Position numbers and translations under genes: made by a program. The notes below the pieces were generated by a model. It ran no database searches. It was not told the DNA's origin and was given only the letters and a program-made list of their open reading frames with translations. DNA of 64,000 nucleotides from a virus, in the IMG/VR virus record IMGVR_UViG_3300033485_000001, positions 64,001 to 128,000 of that record; one strand, 5' to 3'. This document shows positions 28,222-36,736 of the stretch, one piece after another (position 1 is the stretch's first letter; each line of letters opens with the position of its first letter).

Positions 28222-30909
28222 ATGCCTCTTCCGCACAGCATCAACATCACCAGTGGCGGCACTGGTCTTGACGTCGGTGAGATGTTCTACGGCTGCCAGC
28301 GCGACGCTGTTGATGGCCCTCCCGGTTCTGGATCACGCGGGCTCTCTCCCGGCGAGGATGCGCTCTCCAAGAACTTCAACCGCTCCGCCTTCGCGCTCGC
28401 CGAGAACGACGAGTACCTTGGCGACATCATCGCCAAGAAGGCGTTCGCCGTTGCGGAGGTCGGCGCCCTGGCTGCGTTCACAGGCAACCAGATCTCCATC
28501 GATCCGACAGGTGGAATGGCGGGTGACATCAACTTCACCGGCACGGTCTACATGGGAGACCTCGGCTGGCCCAACGATCAGGAGAGCCGCGACACCCTGT
28601 TCCAGGTCCTCGACGAGAACTACAACGAGGTGCTCGTCGACGGCGTGGAGGTGAAGGTCACCGGCTTCACGGGCGGCCATGTGGTCGGCGAAGGCTTCGT
28701 GGCGGTCATGTTCTCCCTCGGTCTCAACAAGACCCTGCCGAGCGGGGACTACCGGATCGGATACAGCAGGGGCACCACCTTCGAGGATATGCCGGCCTAC
28801 GCGATGATCAGGGCGGACATCCGTGGTCTGCACGAGGCTCCGGGAGAGGCGGCCAGGCCGTCCATCTACGTCCTCGATCCTTCGGCTGCGCCCACGCGGC
28901 TTGCGGACTTCTGGGGTCCGACGTGTCTCCAGGATGCCTTGGACGCGATCGGACACGGAGACATCACTCTCTTCCTGCGTTCAGGAGCGTACACCGTCCA
29001 CGCCCACGGGCTGGTCGGCACCGAGCTCACCATCAGCTACGACCGGGTCACGCTCGTGGGTGAGGGTCGGGGTGGTGTGGACCTACAGCTCCGGCCAGGT
29101 CACGATTTGAACGTCACCGGAGACCACCTCTCACTTCAAAAGGTGAAGGTCACAGGAGATGTTGGTGGTGGTGCGGTCCTCAACTACACCGACTACGCCC
29201 CGTCGATGATCGACGTGGACCTGGTCGATCTCAAGCTCGTGATGGACATGACAGGTCCCGGTAACCTGGACGCCTACCTCTGCAACGTCAAGCAGTCGGG
29301 ATCCCAGTCCAGAGGGGCCTACTTCCATCACATCAACTCGGGTGGCATCGTCGCGATCGACTGCACCTTCACGTCCTACATCACGGGCCACAACGCATTG
29401 GAGCTCTACAACATCCAGGCCACCAGCGACTTCACGAACTGTTACATCGTCGAGGCCGGCGCGATCCCAGTGATCGCTGATGGCTTGTCGATCAGGGATT
29501 GCATCTGGACGCGCTTCTCCAACTGCTACATCGGGACCTTGGGGGACGGCGTCGCACTGCGGTACGGGGATGGGCTCGCGACCCACCTGCTGGTTTGGGT
29601 CGACTTCGACAACTGTGAGTTCGCTGCATACACGGGCGTGGTCGCAACCGGCGACGGCACGCCCCAGAATGTCAGGATGCGCTTCGGGAACTGCAAGTTC
29701 AGGAGCGTGGAGGCTGTTACCCGGTACAACGGGAAGATGTGCGACTTCTCGGCGATCGAGTATGAGGGGGCGGCGGGGGTCCAGCCCGCAGAGCGCGGGA
29801 TCACCCTGGACAACTGCACGTTCTACGACAGAGCCTGCAAGATGCTGGACGATGCTGGGGCGGCTGCCGGCCCAGCGATCCTGTTCAGGAACTGCCGTGG
29901 CCTCGGGATTGCGGTGGACCGTACCCAGGCGGTCGACTTCCGATGCAATGGCCCGCTCATCGAGATGCACCTGTCGGAGATCGACACTCTCGACGTGCAG
30001 GAGGACTACACCAACCTTCAGGCTGTGGAGTTCGGCGGCACAGGAAGGATCGCAATCCTCGAGGGTTCGACGCTGCGGAACGTGACGGTGTCCAAGCTGC
30101 GGGGGTTGTGGACCTACCCGCTGTTTTACTTGCGGGGCGCGTACAGGACGACTCCCAATCTGGGTGCCCGAGCTGTTCTCGATACGGCTGTGGTATCTAT
30201 CCTGACGGGTCAGACCTGGTATCAGCCGGGCCTGAGCGACAACGGCCTGGTCGCCCTGCTGGCTGAGAACGCTCGGGTCGAGCACGTGAACGTGCCCGAA
30301 GATGTGGCGCTCAGCGCGGCATCCTCGACGCAGGCTTTGATCAACGTCGAGGGTGATCACTGCGAGGTCGTGGACAACGATCTGCGTCCGGCTTCCGGGA
30401 GGCTCCTCTACCACATCAGGGTGCGAGGGAACGAGAACATGAATGTCCGCGTCATGCGGAATACGATCATCTGGGTCGATGCTGGGTGGGCCAGGGGAGG
30501 AACTGCGGCGATCTACGTCACTGGTAGGGGAGGTGGCTACTCCAGGCACGGGCTGATCCGTGAGAACTTCATCTTCTACTTCACCGACATGTCTCGGGAC
30601 GCGGATCTCCCCGCGCAGACCCACAAGGTCATCTACCTGGACCTGAAGGCGGTCTGCTGGATCGTCGCCGATAACAACATCATCACATGCTGTCAGGGCG
30701 GCGCGGGCGGCGAATTCGTAATCGTGATCCAGGAGCCGGCCTACGGGACCAACCTCGTCCCCGGCGGCGGGAACAACTGCGTGGGGAACACGATCAAGGA
30801 TATCGTCAACCTGAACACGCCGGACATCGGCGACTGCAACCCGGCAGGTTCGATTCCGGTCATTACTGCGGGTGACCCGACCAACACCCTCATCAGAGGA
30901 GGCGTATGA
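28222..30909 (+). CDS. Tail spike / receptor-binding protein with right-handed beta-helix (pectin-lyase-like)
   Basis: LQDALDAIG...LFLRSGAY...VTLVGEG beta-helix cap; repeated F.NC.F/I and I..N.I coils. Confidence 0.75.
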   Translation: MPLPHSINITSGGTGLDVGEMFYGCQRDAVDGPPGSGSRGLSPGEDALSKNFNRSAFALAENDEYLGDIIAKKAFAVAEVGALAAFTGNQISIDPTGGMAGDINFTGTVYMGDLGWPNDQESRDTLFQVLDENYNEVLVDGVEVKVTGFTGGHVVGEGFVAVMFSLGLNKTLPSGDYRIGYSRGTTFEDMPAYAMIRADIRGLHEAPGEAARPSIYVLDPSAAPTRLADFWGPTCLQDALDAIGHGDITLFLRSGAYTVHAHGLVGTELTISYDRVTLVGEGRGGVDLQLRPGHDLNVTGDHLSLQKVKVTGDVGGGAVLNYTDYAPSMIDVDLVDLKLVMDMTGPGNLDAYLCNVKQSGSQSRGAYFHHINSGGIVAIDCTFTSYITGHNALELYNIQATSDFTNCYIVEAGAIPVIADGLSIRDCIWTRFSNCYIGTLGDGVALRYGDGLATHLLVWVDFDNCEFAAYTGVVATGDGTPQNVRMRFGNCKFRSVEAVTRYNGKMCDFSAIEYEGAAGVQPAERGITLDNCTFYDRACKMLDDAGAAAGPAILFRNCRGLGIAVDRTQAVDFRCNGPLIEMHLSEIDTLDVQEDYTNLQAVEFGGTGRIAILEGSTLRNVTVSKLRGLWTYPLFYLRGAYRTTPNLGARAVLDTAVVSILTGQTWYQPGLSDNGLVALLAENARVEHVNVPEDVALSAASSTQALINVEGDHCEVVDNDLRPASGRLLYHIRVRGNENMNVRVMRNTIIWVDAGWARGGTAAIYVTGRGGGYSRHGLIRENFIFYFTDMSRDADLPAQTHKVIYLDLKAVCWIVADNNIITCCQGGAGGEFVIVIQEPAYGTNLVPGGGNNCVGNTIKDIVNLNTPDIGDCNPAGSIPVITAGDPTNTLIRGGV

Positions 30910-31310
30910 TGGATCAGCTTCTCGACATCGTCCTCTCCGTTGCCTTCGTTGGCATCGCGGTCATCATCGCCCTGCTGATGCTCCTGTTCAACAAGGTGGG
31001 GGCGTGGCTCTGGTCCATGAAGAAGCCGTGGATCAGAAAGGTCATGAAGGCACTGCACGTCGCTACCCCCGTGCTGCCCAGCATCTGGGGTGCTGCGCTC
31101 GGAGCCATCCCGTGGTGGCCGGTGCCAGAACCCTTCGCCGACCTGGATCCAACGAAGAAGCTCTGGCTCATGATCGTGCTGGGTCTCATCGCCGGTTCGG
31201 TGTGGGAGCGTGTCTGGAAGACATTCAAGCAGGGTCTCGAGACAAGAGGTATCAAGATCGATCTCGACGAGACTCCGACCAGTCAGACCGGAAAGAAGCC
31301 AGAGGAGTGA
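30906..31310 (+). CDS. Holin-like membrane protein
   Basis: Two to three hydrophobic helices and a charged C-terminus; follows the tail genes. Confidence 0.55.
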   Translation: MMDQLLDIVLSVAFVGIAVIIALLMLLFNKVGAWLWSMKKPWIRKVMKALHVATPVLPSIWGAALGAIPWWPVPEPFADLDPTKKLWLMIVLGLIAGSVWERVWKTFKQGLETRGIKIDLDETPTSQTGKKPEE

Positions 31311-31311
31311 C

Positions 31312-31647
31312 GTGATCATCTTCCTCAAGAAGGCGTGGGCCTGGATCAAGAAGTACTGGAAGTGGATCCTGTTCCCTGTCGGCATCCTGGTCGCTATCAT
31401 TGGATATGTGGCTGGGAGGTCGGCGCGGAAGACGGTTCCCCCTGCGCCTCCGGACCTCGGGAAGGCCGGCGAGGATGCTCTGAAGGACACCATCGCCGCC
31501 AACGAGGAGCGTGATAGGAAGCTCGAGGAGCTCAGGCAGAAGCATCAGGCGCGGCTTGAGTCTCTCAGTGCGGAGCAGCAGAAGGAGCTCGACGAGCTCC
31601 AGGACAAGCCTCTGGAGGAGGTGGTGTCGTGGTTCAACAGGATCTGA
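31312..31647 (+). CDS. N-terminally anchored coiled-coil protein (i-spanin-like)
   Basis: GAGGAG SD before GTG 31312; WKWILFPVGILVAIIGYVAG TM segment followed by a coiled coil. Confidence 0.6.
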   Translation: MIIFLKKAWAWIKKYWKWILFPVGILVAIIGYVAGRSARKTVPPAPPDLGKAGEDALKDTIAANEERDRKLEELRQKHQARLESLSAEQQKELDELQDKPLEEVVSWFNRI

Positions 31648-32078
31648 TCAGTTTCATCTCGTTCAGCGACGAGCTTCAGAAGATCGCGATGACCCTTCCT
31701 GGATCCCTGGCCGGAGCCGGAGCTGGAGCACTTCTCGGCGCAGGCATCGGAGCAGCCACGGCTGGGAAGGATGCTCGCAGCCACGGCGCTCTCCGAGGGG
31801 CCTTCTTCGGTGCGTCCACAGGCGCCCTGTCGGCAGGTCTGAAGTCCGCTCGGATCAGGGCGGCTCTGGCGCAGAGGGGCATCCACGCCGACACCCTCAA
31901 GCAGGTCATGAAGAGCCCGGCCACGAAGAAGGCTGTGGTGGACGAGCTCAAGCGCATCGGTCACGAGGGCGGGCTCTCCGCCGGTCTCGGTCTGGGTCTC
32001 AGCAGTGCCATCGGTGGCATGATGGGTCGTGAGGCCGGCCGGAAGGAGAAGCAGCTCAGGCAGCTGGGGTCGTCGTGA
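31629..32078 (+). CDS. Glycine-zipper protein with FSDELQKIA leader
   Basis: GAGAGALLGAGIGAA and GLGLGLSSAIGG glycine zippers. Confidence 0.7.
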   Translation: MVQQDLISFISFSDELQKIAMTLPGSLAGAGAGALLGAGIGAATAGKDARSHGALRGAFFGASTGALSAGLKSARIRAALAQRGIHADTLKQVMKSPATKKAVVDELKRIGHEGGLSAGLGLGLSSAIGGMMGREAGRKEKQLRQLGSS

Positions 32079-32599
32079 GGACCCTCCTCTTCCTGATCGT
32101 GCTCTTGGTGCCATCTATGGCACTCGGCCAGGTGATCTGCGGACCGCAGGACTACACCAGTCAGGAACAACCGAACTTCGAGTGCCAGAGCCCCGGCGAA
32201 GCAGAGATGGTTCCTGACCTGCACCCGCCAGCGGCGATCCCAGTTCGCCCCGGCACGCCCGTGACGCCGGCGTGGGAGGGGGCCTTGGTTCATCGGGACC
32301 GCTTGGTGGAGCTCGGGCTGCGTGTACATGCGCTCCGTCGACTCAGGTGGGCCGACACCCTGCGTCTCGCTGCCGAGTACGCCGTCAACCTCGAGCACGT
32401 TCAGGAGCTCGGACAGGTTCAGCTCGAGCACATGACTGCACAGCGGGACGCCTACCGTGAACGATGGCAGGCTGCTGAGGAGCGAGCATCCCGTTCCGAG
32501 AGGTGGTGGCACAGCCCTGCCCTCTGGGTTGGGGTTGGCATCGTCGTGGCAGGTTGTCTGGTAGCCCTCACAGCGTATGGGCTGTCTGCGGTGGACTGA
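32075..32599 (+). CDS. Secreted/membrane protein with signal peptide and C-terminal TM (possible lysis accessory)
   Basis: MRTLLFLIVLLVPSMALG signal-like N-terminus, a coiled coil, and LWVGVGIVVAGCLVAL TM segment. Confidence 0.65.
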   Translation: MRTLLFLIVLLVPSMALGQVICGPQDYTSQEQPNFECQSPGEAEMVPDLHPPAAIPVRPGTPVTPAWEGALVHRDRLVELGLRVHALRRLRWADTLRLAAEYAVNLEHVQELGQVQLEHMTAQRDAYRERWQAAEERASRSERWWHSPALWVGVGIVVAGCLVALTAYGLSAVD

Positions 32600-33228
32600 T
32601 GATCAACTTCGCTGCATTCGCCGACGAGTTCCAGAAGATTGGGGCGACAATACGTCCTCCAGAGACCTCCAGCCTCCCCAGCTTTCAGCGTCGGATCAAG
32701 CCGGGCGACATCCTGTTGACCTCCTTCGACAGGGCCGAGCCGCAGCTCAAGATGGAGCTCACGCTGCCGGAGCGAGTCTTCCGCTCGCTCTCGAGGAAGA
32801 TCCAGGGTGAGACGGAGCACTCGGCCATCTACATCGGGAAGGGGCAGGTCATCGAGACGGCCCCCAGGACCGGCGCCGTGGTCAAGCCTCTCACGAACAT
32901 GATCGGTGGGCAGGGTGGCATCATAGCCGTTCGGCCAACCGTGGAGGAGGACGAGCGCCGTCGGGCCGTGCAGAGAGCCAGGGAGCTGCTTGGGACCAGG
33001 TACAGCATTCCCAGGCTTGCGCGAGCAGGTCTCGCGAACTACATCCGACTCCGTCCCGAGAGGGTCAGCGACAGGTCCAAGCACGAGTACATCTGCTCCA
33101 CCCTCGTTGGGGACGCCTACCACGATGTCCAGTTCAACGAGCGCAAGCCCTACGACGCGCTCATGCCCGCTGACTTCTTCAGGTCCGACAAGACCGAGAC
33201 CGTGGCGAAGCTGCGTCCAGCAGCATGA
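32599..33228 (+). CDS. Circularly permuted NlpC/P60 (YiiX/YebB-like, peptidase C92) enzyme with FADEFQKIG leader
   Basis: PGDILL...EHSAIYIG.GQVIE (His first), Y at GTRYS, and YICSTLV (Cys last); TGATG-coupled start at 32599. Confidence 0.8.
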   Translation: MINFAAFADEFQKIGATIRPPETSSLPSFQRRIKPGDILLTSFDRAEPQLKMELTLPERVFRSLSRKIQGETEHSAIYIGKGQVIETAPRTGAVVKPLTNMIGGQGGIIAVRPTVEEDERRRAVQRARELLGTRYSIPRLARAGLANYIRLRPERVSDRSKHEYICSTLVGDAYHDVQFNERKPYDALMPADFFRSDKTETVAKLRPAA

Positions 33229-33234
33229 TCACAT

Positions 33235-33309
33235 AAAAAAGAGGCTCCAGAGACCTGCTGACGCCAGACGGCGGGGGGAACCGTCTGCGTCAGCATGATC
33301 TCCGGAGCC
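33235..33309 (-). terminator. Very long hairpin (28 bp, 2 G-U pairs, 2 bulges, 9-nt loop) followed by U6 on the minus strand
   Basis: Arms are 33243-33271 and 33281-33309; A6 at 33235-33240 on plus; the wobble pairs form only on the minus strand. Confidence 0.75.
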
Positions 33310-33350
33310 AAGCCCGAAGGAGAGAAAGGAGTAACCTCCTCCGTCTCACT
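33235..33350 (-). ncRNA. Candidate ~115-nt small RNA (two hairpins + U-tract)
   Basis: TATAAG at 33359-33354 immediately upstream; hairpin 33320-33347 plus the long terminal hairpin; no plausible ORF ends before the terminator. Confidence 0.5.
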
Positions 33351-33353
33351 TCT

Positions 33354-33359
33354 CTTATA
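33354..33359 (-). promoter_or_regulatory. TATAAG -10-like element
   Basis: The same hexamer precedes minus-strand units at 50293 and 56475. Confidence 0.5.
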
Positions 33360-33370
33360 CCATGATGTGG

Positions 33371-33580
33371 CTAGTAGTTCACGATCTCCTTAGCTGCTTT
33401 TATGATCACGGCCCTGGCGTGTTCCAACGATGTGACGTTGTCCATGCTCAGGCCGAGCGATGCCGCAAGTTCCTTGATCTCGTTGAGGGACATCCTCCTG
33501 AGATCCTCGTCAGTCAGCTTGATGCAAGGATCCCCGTTCTTGAACCGCCGGGCGGTCCCGCCACCCGACGTCTGACCCCC
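33371..33580 (-). other. In-frame 69-codon extension after the UGA of 33581-34366 (readthrough candidate), HeH/Rho-N-like
   Basis: Reads GGQTSGGGTARRFKNGDPCIKLTDEDLRRMSLNEIKELAASLGLSMDNVTSLEHARAVIIKAAKEIVNY*; same frame as the upstream gene, with no well-spaced start of its own. Confidence 0.6.
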
Positions 33581-34366
33581 TCAGTCCTCCTTCGGCGTCT
33601 TGCCGAGGGCCTTGTTGGCGATCTCCTCGGCCTTGGCGATCACGTCCCCGAATCCGGGCTTCAGGGGCTGCGCCGCGCCGAGCTTCCAGATCCTCGCGAA
33701 GGCGAACTTCACGATCTCCGCGAAGACGGTGTGCCTCTCGACGAACTTGTCGACCACGTCGCGGAGCTCCACCACCGCCTCGATGGTGGAGACGGTGAGG
33801 TCCAGCAGCTTGTCGACCTTGGCCTCGAGGGCGGAGACGTCCGAGGTGGACTCCTCCGTCCTCTTGGCCTTCCGCTCCGCCTTGCGAGGCGGGTCGGCCT
33901 CGTGGTTCTCGACGCCCTCGTCGTCACCGTGGGGTCCGTCCTCGTCGTCGCCGCTGTCTTCGTCGTTGGCCTTGGACTCCTCCTTGACCTCGTCGTTGTC
34001 GTCGTCGTCGTCGAAGGCGCTCGAGTAGGGGTCGTCATCGTCGTCCTTGCTGACGTTGCCGCCCTTGTCCTCCTTGGGCTTGGAGTCGCGCTTGGCGTTC
34101 CGCTTGGGCTCCTCCTTGGGCTCCTCCTTCTTGGAGGTGGATCCGGTGGGGGCCTTGCCGGCGGACTTCTCGAGTCCGGGGAGGTCGATGGCACCCTCGT
34201 CGTACTTGGTCAAGATGATCTCGACCATCTTGTCTTCGCCCTCGACCTCGGCCTCACGGACCTCCTGCGGCGTGCAGCCGGCCTCGTGCATGACCCGGCG
34301 GAGCCGGTACTTGGCCATCTTCAGGGCCGCCTGCTTGAACGCTTCACGCTCTTCGTTCTTTCCCAT
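33581..34366 (-). CDS. Acidic low-complexity protein, 261 aa
   Basis: GGAG before the ATG; central D/E/K-rich disordered region and a helical C-terminus. Confidence 0.8.
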   Translation of the reverse strand: MGKNEEREAFKQAALKMAKYRLRRVMHEAGCTPQEVREAEVEGEDKMVEIILTKYDEGAIDLPGLEKSAGKAPTGSTSKKEEPKEEPKRNAKRDSKPKEDKGGNVSKDDDDDPYSSAFDDDDDNDEVKEESKANDEDSGDDEDGPHGDDEGVENHEADPPRKAERKAKRTEESTSDVSALEAKVDKLLDLTVSTIEAVVELRDVVDKFVERHTVFAEIVKFAFARIWKLGAAQPLKPGFGDVIAKAEEIANKALGKTPKED

Positions 34367-34367
34367 C

Positions 34368-34748
34368 TCAGTCTCCTTCCAGCCTGGCTCTGTTCGCCAT
34401 GTAGCACATCAGCACCTCTGCATCGTGGTGCCGGAAACAGTCTCTGTGGCAGTGTGCAAGTAGCTGATCACGAATCTTGTGCAGGTTCTTCTCGAGGAAG
34501 GTCACGAGCCTTCTCCTCGCGGGGTCCACTGGATGCACAACCTTCTGGACCTCTCCTCGTTCAATGATCATCGCCAGGATCTTCCGTGGCATACCGCGAT
34601 GCGCTCGAGTTCCCATCAGGTTGAGGATCTCCACCATCTCGGTGGCGTTCATCGCTCTGAGGTCATTCGGGTCGATGCTGATTCCCTTCTCGCGGATCTC
34701 CTTGTCCCAGTCGACCTCGCTCCAGTGCCACTTCTTCTTCAGCCCCAT
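34368..34748 (-). CDS. Hypothetical protein with C-terminal Cys/His cluster
   Basis: HC.RDC..HH....C motif; operon-coupled. Confidence 0.7.
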   Translation of the reverse strand: MGLKKKWHWSEVDWDKEIREKGISIDPNDLRAMNATEMVEILNLMGTRAHRGMPRKILAMIIERGEVQKVVHPVDPARRRLVTFLEKNLHKIRDQLLAHCHRDCFRHHDAEVLMCYMANRARLEGD

Positions 34749-35275
34749 AGGACCCTCTCAACGGCGGCTTCTACCTCCTCTTCGATCGAGAGGAGTTCGT
34801 CGTCGTCCAGCTCGTAGATCTTGACTTCGACCCTTGGGTCGTCAGAGTCGGCGCGCTTGAACTTGATCACAGGGTGGATGTGGCTGTCGTCCACCCCGAT
34901 TGCTGCCATGATCGAATCCGTAAGTAGCTTGCTTCGGTTCGAGGTGTCTACCTTCTTGTACCGAGATTCAGCCTTACCTGTCGCCCACCCCTTGTTCACG
35001 ATGTCCTCGAAGAACACCTTGGCGAAGAACAGGTAGGGCACGTCCTTCTTGAACTCGACCTGGTTGAGGAGGGCGAGCTCGGCGATGGCGAAGGCTGCCG
35101 AACGCTGGTACGCCTTCGCCTCGTCCGTCATCTTGCGGACGTGCTGCTTGAACCCGCCCTTGCCCTTGATCGTCACGTTGAAGTAGATGTTGTTGTCCGT
35201 CGGTGGAAGGGTGAGGACGACCTCCAGGTACGCCTTCCCGTTTCGAGAACCAAGCCGGTCCATCGGGACGGTCAT
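34739..35275 (-). CDS. rusA: RusA-family Holliday junction resolvase
   Basis: LPPTDNNIY N-terminus and KVDTSNRSKLLTDSI...DDSHI (D.xN..K...D......DD). Confidence 0.8.
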   Translation of the reverse strand: MTVPMDRLGSRNGKAYLEVVLTLPPTDNNIYFNVTIKGKGGFKQHVRKMTDEAKAYQRSAAFAIAELALLNQVEFKKDVPYLFFAKVFFEDIVNKGWATGKAESRYKKVDTSNRSKLLTDSIMAAIGVDDSHIHPVIKFKRADSDDPRVEVKIYELDDDELLSIEEEVEAAVERVLWG

Positions 35276-35901
35276 GAATCGTCTCCGGTGAAGGGAGGTT
35301 CCTTGCCGGGACGGTCGCTCCCGAAGGCGCGGTCCATCTTCCCCTTGATCCTGTTCACGTTGTGATCACGGCGATACTGGTCCCATTCTCGGGTCCTGAA
35401 CTCGACGTCCCTGGACAAGATCTTGTCGCACTTGTCGAGGGTGTCGCACCGGGCTTCGAGGAAGTCGGCGACCCCCTCCCACTCCAGTCGCTTGGCGTTC
35501 AACCGCTTGAACTCCACGTTGGTCCCGGCTTTGGCCTTCCGCTCTTCAGCGGTGCCCTTGGCCTGGCGATATGCGACGTTCCTGACGTGCTTCGCCTCTT
35601 CAGAGTAGGCTTCTGCCGTGACCCGCGCGATGGCCCGCATCTCGATGGCGTAGGAGTAGACCGAGATGATCTCTCCTCGCTTGTCCGTGACCTCCTTGTT
35701 GGAGATCTCGGAGGGACTCTCCGGCATCTCCGGGAGGAGGGATCTTCCCTTCTTCCTCGGCATGGGCGCCGGCTCGAACCCCATCTTCTGGAGACGGGTC
35801 AGCACCTTCTGCCGCACAGTCGAGTAGTCCTTGAGATCCTCGGCGACGCCAAGAACCTCCTCGCTCAGATCGAGCTTCGCTGCTTTTCGTCCTTCTGTCA
35901 T
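35272..35901 (-). CDS. Helical protein, possible UvsY-like recombination mediator
   Basis: Long amphipathic helices, and position among recombination genes. The family call is inference. Confidence 0.55.
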   Translation of the reverse strand: MTEGRKAAKLDLSEEVLGVAEDLKDYSTVRQKVLTRLQKMGFEPAPMPRKKGRSLLPEMPESPSEISNKEVTDKRGEIISVYSYAIEMRAIARVTAEAYSEEAKHVRNVAYRQAKGTAEERKAKAGTNVEFKRLNAKRLEWEGVADFLEARCDTLDKCDKILSRDVEFRTREWDQYRRDHNVNRIKGKMDRAFGSDRPGKEPPFTGDDS

Positions 35902-35902
35902 G

Positions 35903-36736
35903 TCACAGCCTCGGTTCTCGTTTCCTCCGCTTCTCCGATGTGATCGGGGGCTCGCACTTGTCCAGGTACGGACACCCGTAGCAGTGCCTCCCCACGGTCT
36001 TCTGCGGCTCTCGCATCTCGTCTGCGATGGCGATGATACCTCGGAGCCGCTTCCCCAGGGGACTCCACGTCTTGGTATCGAACAGTACGGGGATCGACTT
36101 GAAGACCGAGTTGTCCTTGTTCACGTAGAAGACGAACGTCACAGGGATGTCCCCGGTGACCATGTAGGCGTGCATCTGCTTCTCGTAGTCGGTGCCAACG
36201 CTCTCGCGGAGCGCCGAGAAGCCGCCACTGTTGATCGACTTCCAGTCCACCAGGGCACGCAGCGACAGCCGCACCCCACCAACCTCGAGCTCTCGCTCGA
36301 ACACGCCGTCCGTGTTGCCGCACAGCTGGTAGGCGTCCGCTACCCGGCTCGTCTTCCAGAGCGCCACCTCGTCGTTGTAGACGAAGCCCCTGTCGATCGC
36401 CAGGGTGTGCATGTAGTAGTTCATCATCAGGTGGACGGCGGTACCCATGTCGAAGACCGCCTGCTGCGGCTGCTTCTTCTTGTTCTCCTGCTCACCGACG
36501 AGCTGGAGGAAGAGGTACATGTCGCACGAGTGCTTCAGCGACGAGGGGTGGAACCGGGCTTGATTCCGATCCTTGTTCCAGGTGTAGGTCGAGGTGAACT
36601 GCATCCCCTTGACCGCAACCGTCTTGGCCCACTCCATCATCTCGCCGGCGAAGTCCCACTCTCGGAGGAGCTTTCGGACGTAGGGGCGTCCGAGCTTGTC
36701 CAGATCTTCGATGGTTCGCAGTTCAACCCTTTCCAC
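35903..36736 (-). CDS. Cas4-like PD-(D/E)XK exonuclease
   Basis: FHPSS...C, GTAVH, GNTDG, DWKS, Q...Y, and C-terminal C..C.Y...C (Fe-S-type Cys arrangement). Confidence 0.8.
   Translation of the reverse strand: MERVELRTIEDLDKLGRPYVRKLLREWDFAGEMMEWAKTVAVKGMQFTSTYTWNKDRNQARFHPSSLKHSCDMYLFLQLVGEQENKKKQPQQAVFDMGTAVHLMMNYYMHTLAIDRGFVYNDEVALWKTSRVADAYQLCGNTDGVFERELEVGGVRLSLRALVDWKSINSGGFSALRESVGTDYEKQMHAYMVTGDIPVTFVFYVNKDNSVFKSIPVLFDTKTWSPLGKRLRGIIAIADEMREPQKTVGRHCYGCPYLDKCEPPITSEKRRKREPRL

Noticed and set aside
33581-33583. Genome-wide UGA reassignment (code 4 or 25) as the explanation for the in-frame extension
   Set aside because: Many genes end in TGA with tight TGATG/ATGA coupling to the next start (e.g. 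2302, 7187, 11138, 32599, 38963), so UGA is a normal stop here.
33572-33586. GAC-UGA-GGG-GGU-CAG resembles the murine leukaemia virus gag-pol readthrough context (GAC UAG GGA GGU CAG)
   Set aside because: Only 15 nt, with a different stop codon and a different ribosome. Treated as coincidence or at most convergence, not homology.
33940-34060. GTC/TCG trinucleotide-like repeats
   Set aside because: These simply encode Asp/Glu runs in the acidic protein; not an independent repeat element.
35903-36736. Cas4-like gene as evidence of a CRISPR-Cas locus
   Set aside because: No cas1/cas2, effector genes or repeat-spacer array seen in the window; the context is a recombination operon.
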